The notes beneath the pieces were generated by a model, which was given only the letters and a program-made list of their open reading frames with translations, did no database searches and was not told the origin of the DNA. The translations under genes and the position numbers were made by a program. From NCBI GenBank assembly GCA_030141605.1, contig JAQGDQ010000193.1, positions 248,001-312,000 on the forward strand: a stretch of DNA of 64,000 bases, read 5' to 3'. Below, piece by piece: positions 48,101 to 60,700 of this stretch (position 1 is its first letter; each line of letters begins with the position of its first letter). This DNA comes from Tubiluchus corallicola. Lineage: Eukaryota > Animalia > Priapulida.

Positions 48101-50688
48101 TTACAACACCAGGTAAGATAACTCATTGAATAAGCTGTCTCCTATTATCCTTACTAACTAACAGCTGAACCAGTAAGGATAATTGAAAGATGTCACTTGT
48201 AGTGTAAGGTGTGGTTAACTGAAGTACATACTTGTTGTGTATGTTAAGTATGCTTGCATCAATAGAAAAACAATTACCGTACTCTTAGCACTTGAGATGT
48301 TTTATTGGAAGAATATTATAATAGACTGTGCATAAACTTAAGAAAGATTCTATTTTTGTGAAAAGTGAATGCATTTCACATTTGTCTTTTCCAATTCAGT
48401 GCAAACACCCAATTTTTTCAAGTTCAGACTAATGAAGCTATTCGGCTCAATATACATCTTGAACGTATGCATCTAGTAACACCTTGAATGTGCTGAGCAG
48501 TTACCATTGTATCTCTGTCCCAAATGAACTGCTATTCGACCCAATTACTACATTCTGAAATGGCTTGCAATTTTTTCTTACAATGTATGTTATGCAGTGC
48601 ATATAATTAACATATATAGATAAAGCATGCTTTAATTTTATAGAGCTTTCAACCTATATTGGCTGAATAGGGTATGCTGTTTATATACCTGGTACTTTTC
48701 TATATTAATGATATACTAAATATAATAGACTTTTGAACCTAATTTATCTTTCATATTATGTGAGGGTACTAAACAGATGAACATTGCAACTTGCTGATTT
48801 TTTCAGATTCAGTGGTATTACTGAAAACGATATGGCTGGGGTAACGATGACGCTTCGTGATGTTCAGGCCATTCTTCTCAACCGCTTTAACTCACAGACA
48901 ATTCTCATCGGACACAGCCTAGAAAGTGACCTGTTAGCTTTGAAGATCATTCATCAGACTGTGGTCGACACGTCCATTGTCTTTCCACACAGACTAGGTC
49001 CACCATATAAGAGAGCACTTAGAAACCTAATGGCCGAGTGTGTGAAGAAGATCATACAACAAAATGGTGAGCGTACGGTTTTTGAAGTAGCTAAATCATG
49101 CACAGAAAACTACTACGAAAAGTTTGAAAAAATCTCAAAAATAGCTATTGCAGTTTATAGCAAGCACTGCACCCTTTACTGTGAAGATTATTGATTGTTT
49201 CACATGAATGAGGGATTATGGGATTTCCTTTTCTTCTTCAGTTGTTCCTATCCTCTTTCAAGTTTTTAGCAATGCTAGGCAGACTTGTCTTGAATGATCT
49301 ATGACTGTTTATATGTTTTTTTGAGTGAGCATTGAATAGAGAATAGGTCTTTAGTATGACAACACTGTGCTGCCATATAATCATCTAAACACACAGTATT
49401 ACTTCATTTGCATTAGCAAAGGCCTGTATATGGTGTCAGTTAAGATTTTTTGCTTATCAAAATATAGTGTCAGGCGTAATTAGAATTCAAACTAAACAAT
49501 CCAACATCTAGTGACAAGCAGAAGCTTGCATAAGTAGCTTCTGTGGCTAACTGATATTGACTGCCTGTGAGACTGGATCTTGCAGCCAGAATTGTGGCAC
49601 AAATGTGTATGGCTCTACAGGGCTGCTGGATACACTTAGTTTTAAGGCACTTTTTCAATTTTGTATCCTGAAATATGGTGAAACATTGTACTTTAGTATG
49701 CAATACAGCATTTCTACGGTATGCAAAGAAGTAGCCTGATTATGGTGTTTCAAATTTTCATTCACCTTACTAACAGCTTGTCTTAAACTACATAGTGTAA
49801 TATTATAATGTTATCTCAAATTAGAGGCAACTTTTTTAAAATATGTTTTCAGACTTCTGGGCCCCCTTTTTTTTAAAGTCGAAATTTTTTTTAAGTTAAG
49901 TGAATTATTCAGCAGTGAAAAATATTAAAATATCATACTCATTAAAAAAATTATATTTGAAAATCTTTTAAGCACCCCTCAAGCTTGGGCCCAATGCATG
50001 CTAGGCTATATCCAGTCCTGATGCCATCCCATCGCAATGGTGCCTCATGTCTGCTTTTAAATGTCTCTGCTCAGGACTGCATTAACTACTATCAATCATT
50101 ATTAAAATCAAATTCGTTTCATTGTGAATCGCACAGCCAATGATGACTCATGGCTGCTGCCCTATCAAGTTACAAGCTTATGTGGACAAGCACTGATCAT
50201 ACATAATAAACCACACGTGTTGCAGTAAATCTGGCGTGCGTTTTTTTGTTGTTATTTAAATTTGTTGTTATTTAAATACACCAGGTATTTCACAAAACTG
50301 TCACTAAGTTAACAATGTCGTTATTACATTCACTTAACTATTAATAACGACGTCATTAAGTTAGTGACAGCTTTGTGAAAGTGGCCCCAGATTTACTGCA
50401 ACAAGTATTTTTTTCTTATTCACTTAGTACAATTCCGTATGAAAGCATTAAACACTGATCACATAGTGTTTGTCCACTTTGTGAGGGCTGGTCGAAGCAC
50501 TGAATAAAAAATTTGACATTGTCCAGATAAATGAGAACTAGGCTAAAAGAGATTTTATTACTTTGGTTGTTTCTATTATAGTGAATGGACATGATAGTCA
50601 AGAGGATGCTAATGCTTGCATGGAACTGATGATTTGGAAACTCAAGGAAGATGCAAAGTTAGGTACTGCTCTGCCATTGTTTTCGTAA
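33151..50688 (+). CDS. REXO1: RNA exonuclease 1 homolog (DEDDh 3'-5' exonuclease, Elongin A-binding protein 1), 15 coding exons, ~1785 aa
   Basis: Exons: 33151-33262 ([31 protein letters not shown]-terminal C3H finger), 34278-34428, 35497-38851, 39806-39883, 41157-41318, 41440-41613, 42192-42323 ([28 protein letters not shown]), 45219-45492, 45890-46033, 46591-46704 (CCRCGK..CIYHWGK), 47345-47418, 47728-47832 (ALDCEM, ExoI), 47997-48112, 48807-49066 (GHSLESD, ExoII), 50582-50688 (GHDSQED, ExoIII). Total 5358 nt, in frame. Confidence 0.95.
36870..38180 (+). repeat. Coding tandem repeats (SSxDKHKH and [13 protein letters not shown]) inside REXO1 exon 3
   Basis: Repeated ttcttctagtgtgaaacatgaacatgataa-type units in the DNA; Lys/His/Ser-rich repeats in the translation. 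Confidence 0.85.
39113..39475. repeat. ~31-bp minisatellite, ~11.5 copies, in REXO1 intron 3
   Basis: Unit ctaacttttaatttttctctttgtactgtag; CTAAC recurs 11 times from 39138 to 39446. Confidence 0.95.
42569..43117 (+). mobile_element. TTAA-flanked non-autonomous DNA transposon (Kolobok-like), copy 2
   Basis: Homologous to 8144-8756 with an internal deletion; TTAA at 42565-42568 and 43118-43121. Confidence 0.7.
43205..43690 (+). repeat. Dispersed repeat family B, copy 1
   Basis: Shares aacttg.aaatttaaactc.ggc..gcagccatttt and ttctagttacataa..gcagg.aag..taagtaatatag..atgaaaag with 62600-62985. Confidence 0.65.
44042..45136 (-). mobile_element. 5'-truncated L2/CR1-group LINE (ORF2 C-terminus, 3'UTR and microsatellite tail)
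   Basis: Open 218-aa frame 45136-44480 with [49 protein letters not shown] (post-RT region); the minus-strand end is AATAAA followed by (TGACTTA)3 at ~44070-44042. Confidence 0.9.
50218..50403. mobile_element. Fold-back / Harbinger-like palindromic MITE
   Basis: Inner 39-bp arms tttcacaaaactgtcactaagttaacaatgtcgttatta and taataacgacgtcattaagttagtgacagctttgtgaaa; outer perfect 17-bp inverted repeat tgttgcagtaaatctgg / ccagatttactgcaaca. Confidence 0.65.
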
Positions 50689-51957
50689 GAGCTGGATTGC
50701 CAAGTAGCTCAGAAAAGTTTGGTTCAATTCGAGCAAAGGCAATATGAGAAGCATTCGGTGATAGTGTTGCTAAAATGATATTTGATGAAATGTTATCAAA
50801 ATAGCTGCTATTTTCAGAACAAAACGATTATTTGTATCCAAGCTGCTGGATAGTTGTTGATATTTACCCAAAGTTTAGTGGATTGCAAAATACTATGTCG
50901 TTGATCGATTTTTTTTTGTCTCTTCACAAAATGTTTTAAAGTGCTACAAATTAGGTCTGAAAAACAGTTGACGTTTACTAACACATAAGCATATGTCTTC
51001 AACATCATTTAATGCACTTGTAGTTGCTATGATATCATGAGTCTGCACCACTAATATAAATGTATTAGTATTGAAAAGTTTGTACTAATACTGCAGTAAT
51101 TAGTACAGTATGCTTCACAGTAAGCTGTCTGTGAGACCCTCTTTAGTGAAAGTGTTATTAGAAAATGTTCGATATCATTGTTGCTCAGATTGTTGTCATT
51201 GCTTTATTCTTACTGCTTCCCAATTCTTGAAGAAAATATCAAAATTTTTCTGTATTCAAATAGGTGTAATTTGAATGTTGATGTTCAGCCTGCCTTCAGG
51301 TACTAGGTAAATTAGAGATTAAAGGTACTAGTCATGGTATGAACTTAATCCATCAGTTTACTTGTTTGTTGAGGAGATATGGCCTTGCAAAACTAACATT
51401 GCTAATTATTTATATTATTGACCCATTGTATTTATCATGTGTTGACATTTTTTGGGTTTTTTTTTTTGTAAATAGAGTTTACCATATGCCTAATTTCTGA
51501 TGAGCTATGTACGGAGTGAGATTCAAAGTGGTTTATTTTTTTCATGTGAAATTGTTTCTGCTATTGCCATTATGTTAATATACTGCAAATTGTTTCTTTT
51601 ACTGTGCTGATTTAGGTTTTTGCATTTAACTTTTTTGGGGAACCACATTAAGTGTAGTACAAGTAATCATTTTGTTGAATTTCAAAAAAAAAGAATGTCT
51701 CTGCAGTGAAACTGTTCTTAGTATAAAGTATAAGCAAAGATTTAATAGTAAATAATACCCTTACTAAATAGGCCTACGAGTTCCACAAGTTTAGGTTTTT
51801 CTTTATAATGGCACCTAAAATCATAGGTATTTTTTCGAATACCATTTATACCAAATATGAGCAAGCATGGAACAGTAATGTGAAAGGTAAATTGTGCTTT
51901 TTGATAAAAAACTTATTTTGGTTTACGTCTGGCAACTACATGTGTATGTGTTACATG

Positions 51958-52254
51958 TAAGGATGAGCACCGAATTCGAACGAGTTTTTTAGTTATAATT
52001 CAAATCAAAGTTAAAATTATACATTCGAATATTTCAGCACTTCAACCACGTATGTTGTTTATCATCAAAATGTTTAAATCATCAATTTAGTCAGAAATTA
52101 ATAGTAGTTTTACTGCTGAACAAAATCAAGTAATATGTCTTTGGAAGACCACTTTTTATTAGTAGTTCGAAATCTTTCAAACTCAATCTGAATTCGAAAT
52201 ACTTAAATTGGGTTCGATTCGAATTCACTTTCTGGTAGAAGATGCTCACCCCAA
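51958..52254. mobile_element. hAT-family MITE with 8-bp target-site duplication
   Basis: GTTACATG at 51950-51957 and 52255-52262; termini TAAGGATGAGCA and TGCTCACCCCAA; many subterminal TTCGAA motifs. Confidence 0.8.
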
Positions 52255-52641
52255 GTTACATGGCATCTTGGCCAAGAAGTATATTTCATTAGCATTAGAT
52301 TGTGATAGTTATTATACTTTGAGAAATATGATCACTCTAGTTATCTGAACCGTAGAGTTTTTTAAATTTATCCACAGCGTCAAATTAAGAGAAAACATCA
52401 AAAACTCTAAGAGGAGGAAAAATCTACTTAATGCAATTGAAACACCTAACTTTTCTGTTTTCCTTTTCCCCGGTTTTTGCTTTTAGTGTTTACCTTCTTA
52501 TAGTTCAACTTTTAGTCATTTGTAAACAAATGTCATTGTTGCTAAACGAGTGAATTGACTATATTGTACTGTGCAAAATGAGGGTGTCGTAGAGAAACGG
52601 TGTCTGATGTATCTAACTACGGCAAGATTTCAGCTATTGAA

Positions 52642-52656
52642 CTTCTAGAAGTTTCT
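52642..52656. promoter_or_regulatory. Heat-shock element (three alternating nGAAn units)
   Basis: cTTCt-aGAAg-tTTCt, ~110 bp upstream of the TATA box of an sHSP gene. Confidence 0.85.
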
Positions 52657-52767
52657 GGGAACGGCATGCAATTCGGAATGCACTAGTGTATTCTAGCAGT
52701 GTCGAGTACTGCGCAGTCGATAAAATAAGTCTGATGCAAGAGATAGCTTAATTGCATCTGTGACTGC

Positions 52768-52775
52768 TATATAAA
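52768..52775 (+). promoter_or_regulatory. TATA box of the sHSP gene
   Basis: TATATAAA, with Inr-like CCAGT ~27 nt downstream; a short 5'UTR intron probably ends at ttttcgcag (52865). Confidence 0.75.
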
Positions 52776-52910
52776 GGAGCGAGAGCGTAGTCTACCAGTA
52801 ACTACTTTTGTTTAATGGTGCGTAGTATGTGAGTCGTTTCACTGTCAGTTATTTAATTTTCGCAGATCACGTTTAAAGAAAGCTAAAATTGTTTGACAGT
52901 ATCTTAAACG

Positions 52911-53525
52911 ATGTCGTTATCACCGTTTCGCAGAGTGCCACTCATGGCTCGTGGTTACTGGCGTTGTCACAGACCAAGCACGTGGTTGCAATGCCGAAAA
53001 GCCTCGTTACCTTCTCGTTGGCCACGGTCGCCAAGTGAATTCGTCAGAGAGTTTGAACAAGATTTCCAGCGTATGCAAAATGAAATGAAACGATTTGAAC
53101 GAGAGCTAATAGGAAGCAGTTTTTTCGATCGATGGCTCCCTCGTACGCGTCAACAAGCTGTTGAACCCTCATTCTTTGAAAATGAATTAGCCCAGCATGA
53201 TGTTGTTGAAGCAGATGGAAAGAAAACTTTACAACTTCATTTTGACACTCGTAATTTTAAACCAGAAGAAATAAAAGTAAAAGCTTGTGGAAGTAAACTG
53301 AAAGTTCATGCTAAACATGAAGAAAAATCGGATACAGGAGCTGTTTACAGGGAGTTTTCTCGGGAGTACACACTTCCAGAAGGAATTGATTTAAATGCAA
53401 TGAAATCTGTTATTTCAGCTGACGGTGTTTTGAAGATTGAAGCACCTTATGTTGCACTTGAACCACCGAAGGAAACAGAAATACCAATAGAACGAGAATC
53501 GAAACCTGAAGAAGGAAAAGAATAA
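52911..53525 (+). CDS. Small heat-shock protein (HSP20/alpha-crystallin family), uninterrupted CDS, 204 aa
   Basis: Alpha-crystallin domain FDTRNFKPEEIKVK..VHAKHEEKS..YREFSREYTLPEG..ISADGVLKIEAP and C-terminal IPI motif; HSE and TATA upstream; AATAAA at ~53534 and ~53663. Confidence 0.95.
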   Translation: MSLSPFRRVPLMARGYWRCHRPSTWLQCRKASLPSRWPRSPSEFVREFEQDFQRMQNEMKRFERELIGSSFFDRWLPRTRQQAVEPSFFENELAQHDVVEADGKKTLQLHFDTRNFKPEEIKVKACGSKLKVHAKHEEKSDTGAVYREFSREYTLPEGIDLNAMKSVISADGVLKIEAPYVALEPPKETEIPIERESKPEEGKE

Positions 53526-54275
53526 ATGTATACAATAAAAATTAAGTGATAGTAATTTGATGTATTTTGTAGGCCTATTGTAGCTGCCTATTGTATCATG
53601 ATATAGTTTACCAAGTTATATTTGAGTGCCATATTTTTGAGATATTTATGTTTAACCTAAATTAATAAACTCATCACAAATTAATAAACTAGAATATTTA
53701 TTCACACATGAAAGTCCAAAAATATAATAGTTTGGCAGAACGGGTCATGTATATTGTTGAGTTTTGTATTTGAATTCATAAAAACACGTATCACAAATTC
53801 GTCAACTAGAATATTTATTTACACATGAAAATTCAAAATGTAATATTTTGGCTGAAAGAGTCATTTATGCCTGTTATACAGAAAAGTGATTGAATAGGAC
53901 TGATTTGTAGTAGCATAATATTTTTGTTGTCATTTTTCAGTAGAATGATAAGTGTTTATGTGCATTTATGGCTGCATTTTACACTAAAAAACAGCAATTG
54001 TTTGGGATATTTGGTAGTGTGAGGAAATCTAACTATTTGCAAGTTATAAGCTATAATTGTTTCATAATTGCCTGATAATATGCAGTAGAATTGTCTTAGT
54101 ACCTGTATAATAAAAATGATCATGTATAGCTGTGGATACACGAATGTGTGAAAATTGTATATTTCATTGTTCTCACTTTGAGTACATAAATAAATAATGT
54201 TGACACTATTAATTTATCTTCTGTTTTGTACAATATTTTAGCTTTGTTATATGAATAATATTGGCTTCAGCATTG

Positions 54276-55110
54276 CATACCTGTCAACCTATACGGTTTG
54301 GCCGTATTGCTGTACGGGAAAAATGCATTTTTGGCCCAATACGGCTTAAAAGAAAAATATACGGCAAAATCAAAATGTTGCTCAGCGAAAATAATCGCAT
54401 CGAATATTCCCTTTTCGATCGGTACTTTCATGCAGACGATCTTACTTCCGTTCAAACGTTGTCATTGCGCACACTCAGCTAATAATTTTTAACATCCGGT
54501 TAACCACTTCCGCTATTTCATTCGTGAAAAAAAACATGGCAAGCGAACGTGTTCCTCCGGCGAAAAAGCAAAAAACTGGAACTGGACGTCATTTAAAAGA
54601 ATGGGAGAACCCAAAGTTTTGTGGTGGGGCATACGCTGGATGGGTGAAAGCCTCGTCAGCAACATTGTTGATTGTTCATTGCAGCCAGCGATTGTCATAC
54701 TAAAAACATTTCAGTTTTGCAGTAAAGTAATTCAGTGACTGTATAACAGGATATAAGGAAGGATGTGACATTAACTTGAACCCTCTCTCGTTTTTATGTG
54801 TTTTGTCTTTTTTTTAATATATATGTATATATAAAGTTAAGTGTTTGTTACAAAATTCCATCTGATATGCATACATAAATAATATCACACCATAACTAAA
54901 TAGTTTTTTTTCATGAAAACAAGACAATAAAATCATGTTCCAATGATTTTTTGTTGTTGTGTGGACTGATATGCGATCTCGTGACTGGTCTGTTTCTGTT
55001 GGCTCCCAGCAAATTAACATATTTTCAGATTTGGTAAGGTCCCGTGCTGTCTTATAAGGTTTAGCAAGGCCCTATATAAGGGCAATGCTAATAACAGGTT
55101 GACAGTTATG
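54276..55110. mobile_element. Non-autonomous DNA transposon, 15-bp TIR, 6-bp TSD
   Basis: CATACCTGTCAACCT ... AGGTTGACAGTTATG (1 mismatch), flanked by GCATTG at 54270-54275 and 55111-55116; TACGG subterminal repeats on the left. Confidence 0.75.
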
Positions 55111-57063
55111 GCATTGTCAGTCTTAAAACTTTTACCATTGTTTGAAAGTTTTCATCAATTAAACAGTGTTGTTACTAGTATTTTTTAATAAATAGTGTTT
55201 TGTAAAAAAAAGTGATATTTTCTGTGAGTAAATTACAAAAAGAATATTCTTACGTGTTTATCTAAATTCCAAGTGTTTGTTACTTCATTTGTTTTGACTT
55301 TTCTTCGCCTATATTTCATAGTTTACATTACATACTGGCATGATATATTTTTTATATTTAGATTTATTTATTTATCCATTTAGTATGTATTACAAAATAC
55401 AAATATTGCAATTACAAATTGGTAATGCAATAGTGGTAGGCTGCCTAATATTCTTATTTCACTAACCAAGGCTGGGACCGGTTAAGGTTTCACTTACCCA
55501 GTTAATTTTTTATCATTAACCAATGAATCCGATCTAGACAATGTCAGAGGCCCTCTGTAAGTTGCCAACTAGATCATTGGAGAATGAAGTATTCAGTAAA
55601 TTTACAATGCAATAACAACAAGTGAAAGTTAGAGGAATATGTTCAAATAAGAGTGAAACCTTTATACATAGAAAGACTTATACACCATAATGCTTTGTAA
55701 GGATGCAAAGCGTTGTTGGACTAAGCATAACACGTTCTTACATAGAACCAATGATTGATAGGATTGTAAGAGGCAGCCGTAACAGTGACAGAGTATGTTA
55801 GAGGAATTTTAGAGTTTACTGTGATAAAGATCGGTTAAGCGGTTAACTGGTCCCAACGCTGTCACTAACTGCATGTAACAATAGTTAGAACATTAAAATT
55901 ATTATCAAATGTGTTTGCCCAAACCACACATTCGATATTTTGTTTTAACACCTTATTTCAGCACATTTTGCAAAAAATAGATCATTACGTACGCATATTT
56001 TAACCTTAATTGTAAAAACTGATCACCAAGTTTTAGAAAAGCAGTTGTCCATTTTACTTCTTATTGCATGAGTAGTATGTAATGTATTAAAAGGCCAAAC
56101 AGCAGAATATTGCATATAGACATGTTACATCTTTTTCAATAAGCCATCAACAACATTCTTATGAATGTACAGGTTGACACGTACCTATATTCTGAAGGCA
56201 GTTGATTTTTTGTATCTCGGCTTGAGAACGCTGGACTACATAAGCATCTTGCTAGGCAAAGTAGGTTATTTTTCTTTTCATTTATTTTATCCATATTGAT
56301 CTGAATAAACAATATAAATAATCTGAAGAACATACCAGACGCAAAAAGTTAATATTGTGAGAATGATGTGGATTCTAGTAGTGATGCTTATGGCAACACT
56401 ATTATAACGAGAAAAACAATTAATAACTTCAGGAAAAGATTAACCAAATGATAAGGAACATGAGAGGTACATGAAACTTGAATCTGTCCATAATACAGAA
56501 CCACTTCTTTCAAAATGATACTTGAAATTTTGTGGTGGGCATTTTACATTCTAATGTTGTCTGAAGTGAATTTTGGCGTTTTTCTGATCTATTTTCTTGG
56601 CCTTTAAAGTTAATTTAACTCGATGACCTTTGGTCTTTCAACTTTTTAGCTTTTCCATGGTATCTATGAACATGAGCACCAACATTTCACTAATACTGTA
56701 CCCTTCATTGCTTCTAACCATGGAACTGACACCCTGTTATCATGTCTAATATAATATTATGATGCTTTAGTACTCAGTACTGTATATTTAATAATTCTCA
56801 CTGTGACTGACTCATAGTCATACTGAGATATAAAAAGGAAGACAGGGAAGACTAAATTAGGATTGCACTTTAAGAATGGAAAGGAGGCCGATGTGAAACC
56901 GCTGAAAAAATGTGGTATGGTATGATATAATGTGGTACGGTATGGTACGATAATTTTGATGACATGATAATATTATGGCGTATGGTATAGCTATGGTCTC
57001 ACTTAGCTGTTATCCACTAGAAAGATTTCCGTTCACAGCCGAAGTTGCCCGCAGGTTGCGAAA

Positions 57064-57721
57064 ATGGTGGAAAACGTTTCGGCGGTAAATTTAGGTAAAC
57101 GATGCGCTATATTTGTTTAATATTGTTGATTAAAAAGATTTCTTCTGAAAATCATCTGTTGCACGAATTTTTCGTATTATGATACGTCTGGTGTTGTTGA
57201 TATTGTTCTCGAGTTTTGTTTGAACTTCGAATAACAGCGCTATTCTCTAGTTTTACACTGGCCCATAAGTACTCACTGTAAGGCGCCGAATAACCAACTA
57301 GCCGAAGTAGGACACTTCGGGCAAAACGCATGTGCTAAATTTGGGGAAAAGCAGTGTCGTACATGGGCAGCCCAAGTAGGACACTAGGGATTCCTGTCGA
57401 GAATCGAGATTTATGACATACTAAAAAGTAGATAAAAGTTTGTTTTAGAAAAAAAGTAACTTTATAATAATGATGGACAGTTCTTCACAATTTACAAATG
57501 TATTTTTTGCAACAATATCATTATTATTATTAGCTCCATTAATATCATCATAACATTAAACTAAGTATCTATTGCTTTAAAGAGAGAAACTATGTAGGGC
57601 ACATAACTCGCTAACCCATTTACTTAGTTAGAAAACAATTATTTGTCCAAGAGGGAGTGAAAAGGATCACCTGTCTGTAAAGCAAGACAAAATAAAAAAT
57701 GATACACCTTAAACAAATGTT

Positions 57722-57779
<58 letters not shown>

Positions 57780-60700
57780 TATATTATATTATTATTATAT
57801 ATATAAGTTAGCTATTTGAAGCTTGTGCCACTTATTTTCTGTTAATTGTTTTTTCGCAGCGGCCAGCTTATGGGCACCATACAAACATTTACATTCTGTC
57901 GTGGAAAGAGCTATTGTACTGAAAAGGACTGAAGCCATTCGTGATTTAGAGGTTGAATTGCGACTACACAAACCAAGCTTCTTGTCTTTATTAGAGAATC
58001 CGGTAAGCAGATCACTACTTAAGTTTCTGAAATGAGTTATGATATGCGCAATATATGAGCTACTATGAAGCTTTATTGTTGGGTCGCTTATAGTCTGAGT
58101 TATAGCGACGTAATAACTAGTGCCATGGGTTAGTATGGTCTTATAAAATGAGCAAGTATAATGTCGATATGGTATTAATCGTATTAGTTAATGAATTGAA
58201 GGTATCAATTAGTATCTAATATATTGCATATATATAATATTTATTTTAAATTGTTGTAGTGTTTTGTTCCTAGATTCCTAATCTACAATTTTGTTTTCAT
58301 ATCTTGTCTCAAGACGAAGATAAAATACTGTTCACTAGAAGCTTAAAAATTAATAGCTTATTTTAGGCGAAGAAGCACTATAATTTGAAATGAATCGTTC
58401 TAAAAATCAGTCTTATCTAAAAATAAAATTATCGTCACAACAAACCAGTCTTTTTTAGTCATCACCACTAACACTTCTAGAGCTTGAATGCAACTATTTG
58501 CTTAATGAGTTTATTACTTATTGATTGATTTAATACAGTTTTCACATTTGATTCTTGGCTGTTTTCAGTCCAAAAACCCTGTACACCGCGAAGCCATAAA
58601 GAATGCAGGCAAGCAGGGGTTGCCAGTGGAAGGGCAGAAGGGCAGACATCTGTTGTCACCGCAGCAAATTGATGAAGTTTTAATAATTAGTGATTTGTTC
58701 AATCTGAATGAGATTGCGGCAGCTGAACTATTACTGGCTGGTAAGTGATAGGTTTCATTACTTATTCTTCACGTAACATGTTCTCCTTTAGAATAATAGT
58801 AGTCTTATGCATTGATGTTTATGGGTACAACCCCACATTTTCTACCCATTTATCAGAGCATCACGGCACCTGAACACTTGCTTTGCATAGGTTTTTTTTG
58901 CAAAGTTGTGTTTCTGGTGGGAGAATTTAAAAAAAAGCCAGAAATTATTTTAACTGCTATCATTACATGCTTAATTCATTATCACTTGTCAACAAAATTG
59001 CTTTTACTTGTAGACCAGCTGTTAAGTTCTAAAATGGCTTGTAGTGATGTCTTGAGCCAAAATTATCGGACAAGCGCTTACTGTGCCTTGTATCATTGAC
59101 GCTAATAATTTTTTTATTCTCGCATTTGTAAATGACAAGTATGCTTAAAGGCACAAGAGACTCAAGTCTTCTGGATGCTGTCAGAGAATGAGGAAAAGTA
59201 AAAAAGTGAAAACTGTATAATATTTGAAGTCATACATTGTGCAACTACACAAAATTGGTGTTCAAATGTAGAATACATTTTACATTGTTACTTCTCTATG
59301 ACATTTATTTTTGTTATAAATTATAGGCGAGCTACAACTGGCCGGTTTTCCGGGATTAACGCGTGGGTTAGTCGCAGTTTTGTTGTACTATGATGGCAGG
59401 TACAGTTTAGTTAGTTCACTACGATGCCTGATTCAGTCACGCGAGTGCAGAACGTGGACATTGGGATTAGATAATGAGCTGGTTGCCATGACTACGAAAT
59501 TCACAGATCAGTTGATGAATGCTGGATTAACTGGAAAAATACTTGGTAAATATTTTATGCCTTTTAGTTTGAAACTGTTGCAGAAAATAATTGAAAAGGC
59601 TCTTCAAAAAGAAGGCAACTAATTTGAGAAACTGCTTGGCAGTGGTTTGTTACACTCTGCCCACAATGAGTTAGGAAGTATGGCAAATGAACCACAGTGG
59701 TTACGTGTCAATCACTGGCCATTTGTAGCACTTTACTCGCAAAGCACATGCAATGACCACTCAGCTATATTGTCGCTTCCTCTGTTTGATTAGAATAGCC
59801 ATTAGTGAATGCTGTCATGTTATCTGACTGTTTTACATCATTTTATAACAAACTGTTTGCATTATGGTGTAGCATTTAAATTTCAAAATTATCATTCTGG
59901 CTTCACATTGAAGATTAGATTGAAGCTGATCTAATTGTACTAGGTTTATGTTTGTTTTTTTGTTTGTTCGTTTTTTTTGTTCATTCAAAGACTCAAAGAG
60001 ATTTTTTAACACTGGGGAAAAAAGTTGGTAAACAAAAGCTTTGTTTTTTTGCCACAAGGTTATTTTATACTGTTTGGCCCATTCAAAGATAACAGCTGGA
60101 ATATAAGTGTAAATGGGTGAAACGATACAGTATTATCTGTGAAATATTACAATATGTATTTGATGCATAACGAATTGCGATAAAATATTAGAACACAATG
60201 TCGTAAGTTGTACATTATCCAAGAATAAAATATATTTTTCAGTTGAAACTGTCTATTTTTTTAATGAAGCAGTATATAGGTTTTTTATGTAGGCTGTAAC
60301 GATACACTTAGGACGCTATACAGCGTGATATATCTAAGTCAACGTTAGGAGGTTCTATAAAAAAACCTAAATGAATCTGTTGATAATAAATGCTAAACAT
60401 TTTGTAATTTAACTCAAAATATTTTATCAATCAACCGTTTTAGGATTCCTAATTGCATAAATAACTCGACAAACTGTTTGTTTTTTATGTATTACTTGTG
60501 TATAGTGTAGACTATTGTTTGCACTGTAAACCAACAGAGAAGCAAAATGTATCAATACTTTACGTTTAAAAATTGCTTGTGCTTTTATTATCACGATAGA
60601 GGTGCACTTTTGCAATATGCATATCGTAATAAGAGACGTTGCAATGCATCGACACATCATGTATTACAGGTCGATTTTTATGCATTTTAGGAATTTTAGG

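Noticed and set aside
49618-50020. MITE with CAGGGC..GTCCTG ends
   Set aside because: Termini are weak, with no TSD and no second copy in the window.
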